From Bdellovibrionales bacterium (GTDB lineage: Bacteria > Bdellovibrionota > Bdellovibrionia > Bdellovibrionales > JAUICD01), in assembly GCA_965262715.1 (NCBI GenBank), contig OZ253553.1, forward strand, positions 224,001 to 288,000: a DNA stretch of 64,000 bases. Direction: 5' to 3'. Below are positions 59,463 to 64,000 of this stretch, piece after piece. A program made the translations under genes and the position numbers. The notes under the pieces were generated by a model, which was given only the letters and a program-made list of their open reading frames with translations, was not told the DNA's origin and made no database searches. Every line of letters begins with the position of its first letter. Position 1 is the first letter of the stretch.

Positions 59463-60593
59463 ATGATAAAAAATATCACTATTGAAAACTACAAATTGTT
59501 TAAGTCGTTTCATCTTAAGGATATCCCAAGGATCCTTTTGATTGGAGGTGAAAACAACTGCGGAAAAACCAGCCTTTTAGAAGCTATCTTTTTTATTCTA
59601 GACTCTTTAGATCCTCTTGTATTTATTAAACATTTAGACAGGAGAGGCTTTCTGGAAAATATTATTTCTAATGATCCAGAATTTTTGTTAGGACCTTCTT
59701 TTCACAACTTTAATTTGAATCAACCTATTACTTTTCAATACACTCTTTGTCCATCAGGTACATCTTCTCGATTAGAGGAAGAAATAGAAAGAAAAATCTC
59801 TTACAAGTTTTTACCCTCTAAATTAGGTGAGCATAAATATAATAATGGTAAACAAGTAGCTCATGAAAGCCACAGTATTCAGAGAAACCAACCCGTTCCT
59901 CTTGGTTTAATGGAAGCTTCTTACCAATTTGAACAGGGTGATAGTAAGTTCCTTTTTAATTTTCACAGTGGAGGAATATCCTTCACTGATATTGAAAAAG
60001 AAAAAGAACACCTAGTGTTAGAATATAATTTGAGAATACCTGCTAACTTTTTATTTAATAGTCCTGTTACACCTTCTACCTCAGTATCTGAGGCCTATGG
60101 TGAACTTGAAAGAAATAAGAATACCAAAGGAGTTTTAGAAGCATTACAAATTTTAGAACCAAAACTTAAATCACTGAGCATTATTTCTATAGGTGGTCAG
60201 CCAAGAATCTATGGTGATATAGGTATTGATCAACAAATACCTTTATCTCTTATGGGTCAAGGTGTGGCACATTTTTTGTCTATTCTCTTGAGTATTGCTC
60301 GCATGAAGGATGGAGTTGTTTTAATAGATGAAATAGAAAATGGATTTCATCATTCTGTTTTACCTCGTATCTGGGAAGTAATAGCAAAGCATGCTGAGGC
60401 TAATAATGTGCAGATTATGGCCACCACACATAGCAGAGAACTTATTATGGGAGCTATTGAAGGTATACCTGAGCATCTTAGAGAAGATTTTAAATATATG
60501 AGAATAGATAGAGATAAAGATCAATTTGATCCTAAAGTTTATGATGTTGAGATGCTAAAATCAGCCTCAAAAATGAATTTAGCTATACGTTGA
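59463..60593 (+). CDS. AAA_15/AAA_21-type ATPase
   Basis: IENYKLF, GENNCGKTSLLEA, MGQG, LIDEIENGFH, ATTHS. Confidence 0.9.
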   Translation: MIKNITIENYKLFKSFHLKDIPRILLIGGENNCGKTSLLEAIFFILDSLDPLVFIKHLDRRGFLENIISNDPEFLLGPSFHNFNLNQPITFQYTLCPSGTSSRLEEEIERKISYKFLPSKLGEHKYNNGKQVAHESHSIQRNQPVPLGLMEASYQFEQGDSKFLFNFHSGGISFTDIEKEKEHLVLEYNLRIPANFLFNSPVTPSTSVSEAYGELERNKNTKGVLEALQILEPKLKSLSIISIGGQPRIYGDIGIDQQIPLSLMGQGVAHFLSILLSIARMKDGVVLIDEIENGFHHSVLPRIWEVIAKHAEANNVQIMATTHSRELIMGAIEGIPEHLREDFKYMRIDRDKDQFDPKVYDVEMLKSASKMNLAIR

Positions 60594-61237
60594 GGCCCTC
60601 TCCTAAAATGACTCAAATCAATGAAGACCTATTCGCTATAGAAAAGAACAAAACTCTTCTTGTAGAAGGTAAAGATGAAGTTGCATTTTTTAAAGCTCTT
60701 TTTAAGAAAAAAAATATGGGAGACATTCAAATTATAGACATTGCTGGCAGAGATAAGCTCAAGAACAATTTTGTAACACTTAAAAACACTCCTAATTTTA
60801 AAATAATCACTTCTCTGGCAATCATCCAAGATGCTGATGATAAGCCTCCTCAAATAAGATTTGACAGTATTTGCTCCACATTAAAAACATGTGGATTAAA
60901 AAATCTACCTGATAAAATAGGATCATTTACAAAGTTCACTCCTAAAGTAGGCATATTTATTATTCCAGATGGCAAAAGCAAAGGAATGTTAGAGTCTCTT
61001 TGTTTATCCACTGTAGAGCTAAAAGAAAAAGAAACTATAGAATGTGTTGATGAGTTTATGCAGTGCATAGAGTTAAAAAAAGAGAAGCCTAAAAACCCTC
61101 ATAAAGCTCGTCATCGAGCATTTCTAGCAGCAATGCTAGATGATACTCCCTCTCTAGGAATAGCCGCCCAAAAAGGTTATTGGGATTTTGGTTCAGATAA
61201 ACTAAAGCCTTTATTAGATTTTTTAAAGCAGATATAG
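60590..61237 (+). CDS. DUF3226-like (TOPRIM-like) protein
   Basis: LLVEGKDE, IIQDAD, IFIIPDG..KGMLESLCL, KA; overlaps the ATPase stop. Confidence 0.75.
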   Translation: MRPSPKMTQINEDLFAIEKNKTLLVEGKDEVAFFKALFKKKNMGDIQIIDIAGRDKLKNNFVTLKNTPNFKIITSLAIIQDADDKPPQIRFDSICSTLKTCGLKNLPDKIGSFTKFTPKVGIFIIPDGKSKGMLESLCLSTVELKEKETIECVDEFMQCIELKKEKPKNPHKARHRAFLAAMLDDTPSLGIAAQKGYWDFGSDKLKPLLDFLKQI

Positions 61238-61477
61238 GCATAACAGGTTTTTTGTACAACATCAGCTTTGAGGATTTCGTATATAAGAGCCTACAGCTTC
61301 TTTCCTGCTGGGTGTGGCAAGCCATCTAATATATCTACCAGCCTTAATTTCTTTTAAATGGTAGAAGCGTTGAAATAATGACAAATAAAGACTTAGATTG
61401 TCTTAAAATGACAAAAAGTGTTTATTTTAGAGATATTAAGTTAAGATTGAGCTAGATTATCTTTTTAAGAAAAACCG

Positions 61478-61505
61478 TTGACTAAGTTTATACATTGTAT
61501 ATACT
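61478..61505 (+). promoter_or_regulatory. mazEF promoter with overlapping palindromic operator
   Basis: TTGACT-N16-TATACT; TATACA-T-TGTATA palindrome at 61489-61501. Confidence 0.7.
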
Positions 61506-61526
61506 CTATTAAAAGAGGTATAGACT

Positions 61527-61763
61527 ATGGCTTTAAAACTGCAAAAGTGGGGAAACTCAATAGGCGTTAGGATTTCTAAATCTGTTATTGAGAAGGTCAA
61601 TTTGAAAGTTGGCTCTAAAGTTGAAATAGAACATAAAAATGGAAAAATTATAATCACCCCATTAAAGAAAAAACTCGTGCTTAATGATTTGCTTTCTCAA
61701 ATTACTAAAAACAACCTTCACTCAGAAGACAATTTTATTTCAGAAGGTCGAGAGATTTGGTAA
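61527..61763 (+). CDS. mazE: AbrB/MazE antitoxin
   Basis: KWGNSIGVRI, LNDLLSQIT..NLH.E, GREIW. Confidence 0.93.
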   Translation: MALKLQKWGNSIGVRISKSVIEKVNLKVGSKVEIEHKNGKIIITPLKKKLVLNDLLSQITKNNLHSEDNFISEGREIW

Positions 61764-62092
61764 TGCGATATATTCCAAATAGAGGTGATTTAGTCTGGTT
61801 AAATTTTTCCCCACAAGTTGGACATGAGCAGAGAGGTCAAAGACCAGCCCTTGTTGTCTCACTAAAAGCATATAATCAAAAAACAGGCTTAGCTTTATGT
61901 TGTCCTATATCTTCTCATAAAAAAAATTATCCGTTTGAAGTTCAAATTTCCAGTAAAAAAATGGATGGTGTGATATTGGCTGATCACTTAAAAAACCTAG
62001 ATTGGAAAGCAAGAAAGATAAAGTTTATAGAAAAAGCAAATCCTAAAATTGTTAAAGAATGTATCGAGAAAATATTAGTTTTATTTGAGTAA
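61757..62092 (+). CDS. mazF: MazF/PemK endoribonuclease toxin
   Basis: YIPNRGDLVW..FSPQVGHEQ.G.RPALVVS…YN…CPI, YPFEV, LDWKAR. Confidence 0.95.
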   Translation: MVMRYIPNRGDLVWLNFSPQVGHEQRGQRPALVVSLKAYNQKTGLALCCPISSHKKNYPFEVQISSKKMDGVILADHLKNLDWKARKIKFIEKANPKIVKECIEKILVLFE

Positions 62093-62179
62093 TTTGATGC
62101 GGTCATTCGAATACATATTTATAGAAAATCACCGTTGATAAAGCTTGTTTAACTGAAGATAAACTTTTTTCCTTTAAAT

Positions 62180-62386
62180 ATAGATGAAATTATTTTTATT
62201 ATTGAGGAAGCCTCTGAAGGAGGGCTTACTGCCAAATCGATAGATGAATCTATCTTTATAGAAGGGAACAACCTTGATGACTTAAAAAAAATATCCACAA
62301 TTCTATAACCTGTCGTTTTCAAGATAAAACAACTCTTTCAAAGATAATTGAACCTCACTGTAAGAGAAGAAGTTATAGCAATATGA
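62180..62386 (+). pseudogene. Frameshifted HicB-like antitoxin remnant
   Basis: Across frameshifts reads DEIIFIIEEASEGGLTAKSIDESIFIEGNNLDDLKK/NIHNSITCRFQDK…KII../VREEVIAI*; no valid start codon. Confidence 0.65.
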
Positions 62387-62401
62387 ACCTTAAAAAAATA
62401 C

Positions 62402-63544
62402 CTACTGAAAATCTTTTTCAAACTCTGCATACCCCATCTGAGATAACTTATCCTTAGGGATAAACTTTAATGCAGACGAGTTAATACAATATCTTAAACC
62501 TGTAGGTGCTGGCCCATCTTTAAAGACATGACCTAAATGTGAATCACCATTTTTAGAGCGGGCTTCTGTCCTTACACTTAAGAGCTTTCGATCTGCTTTT
62601 TCTACAATATTCTTTTCAACTAAAGGCTTTGTAAAAGAAGGCCAACCTGTTTTAGAATCATATTTATCCTTTGAGCTAAAAAGCGGTTCCCCAGAAACAA
62701 CATCTACATAAATACCTTCCTCCTTGTTATCCCAATAAGCATTGTTAAAAGCTGACTCTGTCCCGTCCTTTTGTGTGACCTCGTATTGCTGTTTTGTTAG
62801 CGTTCTACGTAAATCTTCTTCAGGTGGCTTCATATAATGACTTTTCTCGTTAGAAGCTTGCTCTTCTTGCAGGGCTTTAATTTTTTGTTTGACATTAGCT
62901 TTTTTCAAAAACTGATCTCGACCAGATTGATATCTAAAAAATTTGTACTTTAAAGGATTCTTTTTATAAAAATCTTGATGGTAATCTTCAGCATAATAAA
63001 ATGGAGTTGCTTTAGTGATTTCTACAACAATGGGCTTTTGAAAAACTCCACCTTGCTGCAACTTCTCCTTCGAGGCTTCTGCAATCTTTCGTTGCTCATC
63101 GTCTAAATAAAAAATTCCAGGACGATACTGCTGCCCCCTATCCACAAACTGACCACCATCGTCAGTAGGATCAATGTTTTGCCAAAAAACATCTAAAAGT
63201 TGCTGATAGCTGACCTGTTGTGGGTCAAAAACCACTTCAATAGCCTCTGTATGCTCCGTTGTACCACTTGAAACTTCTTTATAAGAAGGATTGGCCTGCT
63301 TGCCGCCCACAAACCCAGAAGAAACCTTTTTGACCCCCTTAAGTGACTCAAAAGGATGCTCCATACACCAAAAACAGCCTCCAGCAAATATAGCTTTTTT
63401 TTCTGTTATTGTGGTTGTCTTTTCCATATCAGTCATTTCCTGTGGAGGGTAAGTCTTTGTAGGAGTCATAATAAACTCTTTGATAATAAAACTCAACAAA
63501 ATGGTCATAAAGATAACACAAGAAGCTATAAGTATTGCCTTCAT
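62402..63544 (-). CDS. msrAB: Bifunctional methionine sulfoxide reductase MsrA/MsrB, N-terminal membrane anchor
   Basis: [35 protein letters not shown]. Confidence 0.96.
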   Translation of the reverse strand: MKAILIASCVIFMTILLSFIIKEFIMTPTKTYPPQEMTDMEKTTTITEKKAIFAGGCFWCMEHPFESLKGVKKVSSGFVGGKQANPSYKEVSSGTTEHTEAIEVVFDPQQVSYQQLLDVFWQNIDPTDDGGQFVDRGQQYRPGIFYLDDEQRKIAEASKEKLQQGGVFQKPIVVEITKATPFYYAEDYHQDFYKKNPLKYKFFRYQSGRDQFLKKANVKQKIKALQEEQASNEKSHYMKPPEEDLRRTLTKQQYEVTQKDGTESAFNNAYWDNKEEGIYVDVVSGEPLFSSKDKYDSKTGWPSFTKPLVEKNIVEKADRKLLSVRTEARSKNGDSHLGHVFKDGPAPTGLRYCINSSALKFIPKDKLSQMGYAEFEKDFQ

Positions 63545-63842
63545 TTGATACTCCTGTACTTAATTATACCATTTTAAGTGCTTTGAGTTCTATCAAAATG
63601 TATTTTTAACTTTGCTTTTGCTTGAGCTTCTTAAAAAAACAATAAGCTTGAATTTTTTGCTCCAAAAAGCTTGCTCACATTCAAGCGCAAAAATAAAATT
63701 TTACCCTTGCTAACCAGAGATGGATTCATATATACCTTAGAATAAATTGTTGATCTTTTTTATTATAGTACCACCTCATGTTAAAAGTAATATGAGACTT
63801 TGTTATGAAAATATCAAGAGAACAAGAATAGGGAAAGATATT

Positions 63843-64000
63843 ATGGGTCAGTGGACTTGGAGTCAATTTAATAAAGAGCTTCAAAAAAAACATGTTCTAC
63901 CTGTTTATTTTTTTTACGGAGATGAACCTTATCTTTTAGATGAAGCTTTAACAAGCCTTTCAAATGCCATTGTAGATAAAAATCTTAAAGACTTTAATTT
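63843..64000 (+). CDS. holA: DNA polymerase III delta subunit, 5' part (runs off the window)
   Basis: MGQWTWSQFNKELQKKHVLPVYFFYGDEPYLLDEA…DFN. Confidence 0.8.
   Translation, partial: MGQWTWSQFNKELQKKHVLPVYFFYGDEPYLLDEALTSLSNAIVDKNLKDFN

Noticed and set aside
1..64000. tRNA, rRNA or prophage genes
   Set aside because: None recognised by eye; tRNAscan-SE and cmscan would be needed to exclude them formally

Overview
AT-rich bacterial chromosome segment. The gene set (pilH/I-D-M-N-O-P-Q block, CpaF, AgmX/PglI-like domain, DUF1844-degP-ftsH) suggests Bdellovibrionota, possibly host-associated; this taxonomy is inference. The backbone is housekeeping genes (ftsH, degP, coaX, rsmD, hisC, cmk, pdxJ, nnr, tsaE, truA, pyrF, rpoZ, spoT, ddl, yebC, msrAB, holA). 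Accessory elements are: an intact IS1634-family element with a perfect 164-bp target duplication; a ~1670-aa type IV prepilin-like Cys-rich protein followed by an orphan decayed module; several ATPase-plus-nuclease pairs and toxin-antitoxin loci; an ankyrin protein; and an orphan PduT-like microcompartment protein. The most striking unexplained signal is intergenic. At least four families of dispersed palindromic elements are present. Two of them show compensatory substitutions in their stems between copies. They combine into modular composites, and one composite sits between 40-bp direct repeats at a gene end. All annotation was done by eye from the sequence and the ORF track; no database searches were run.
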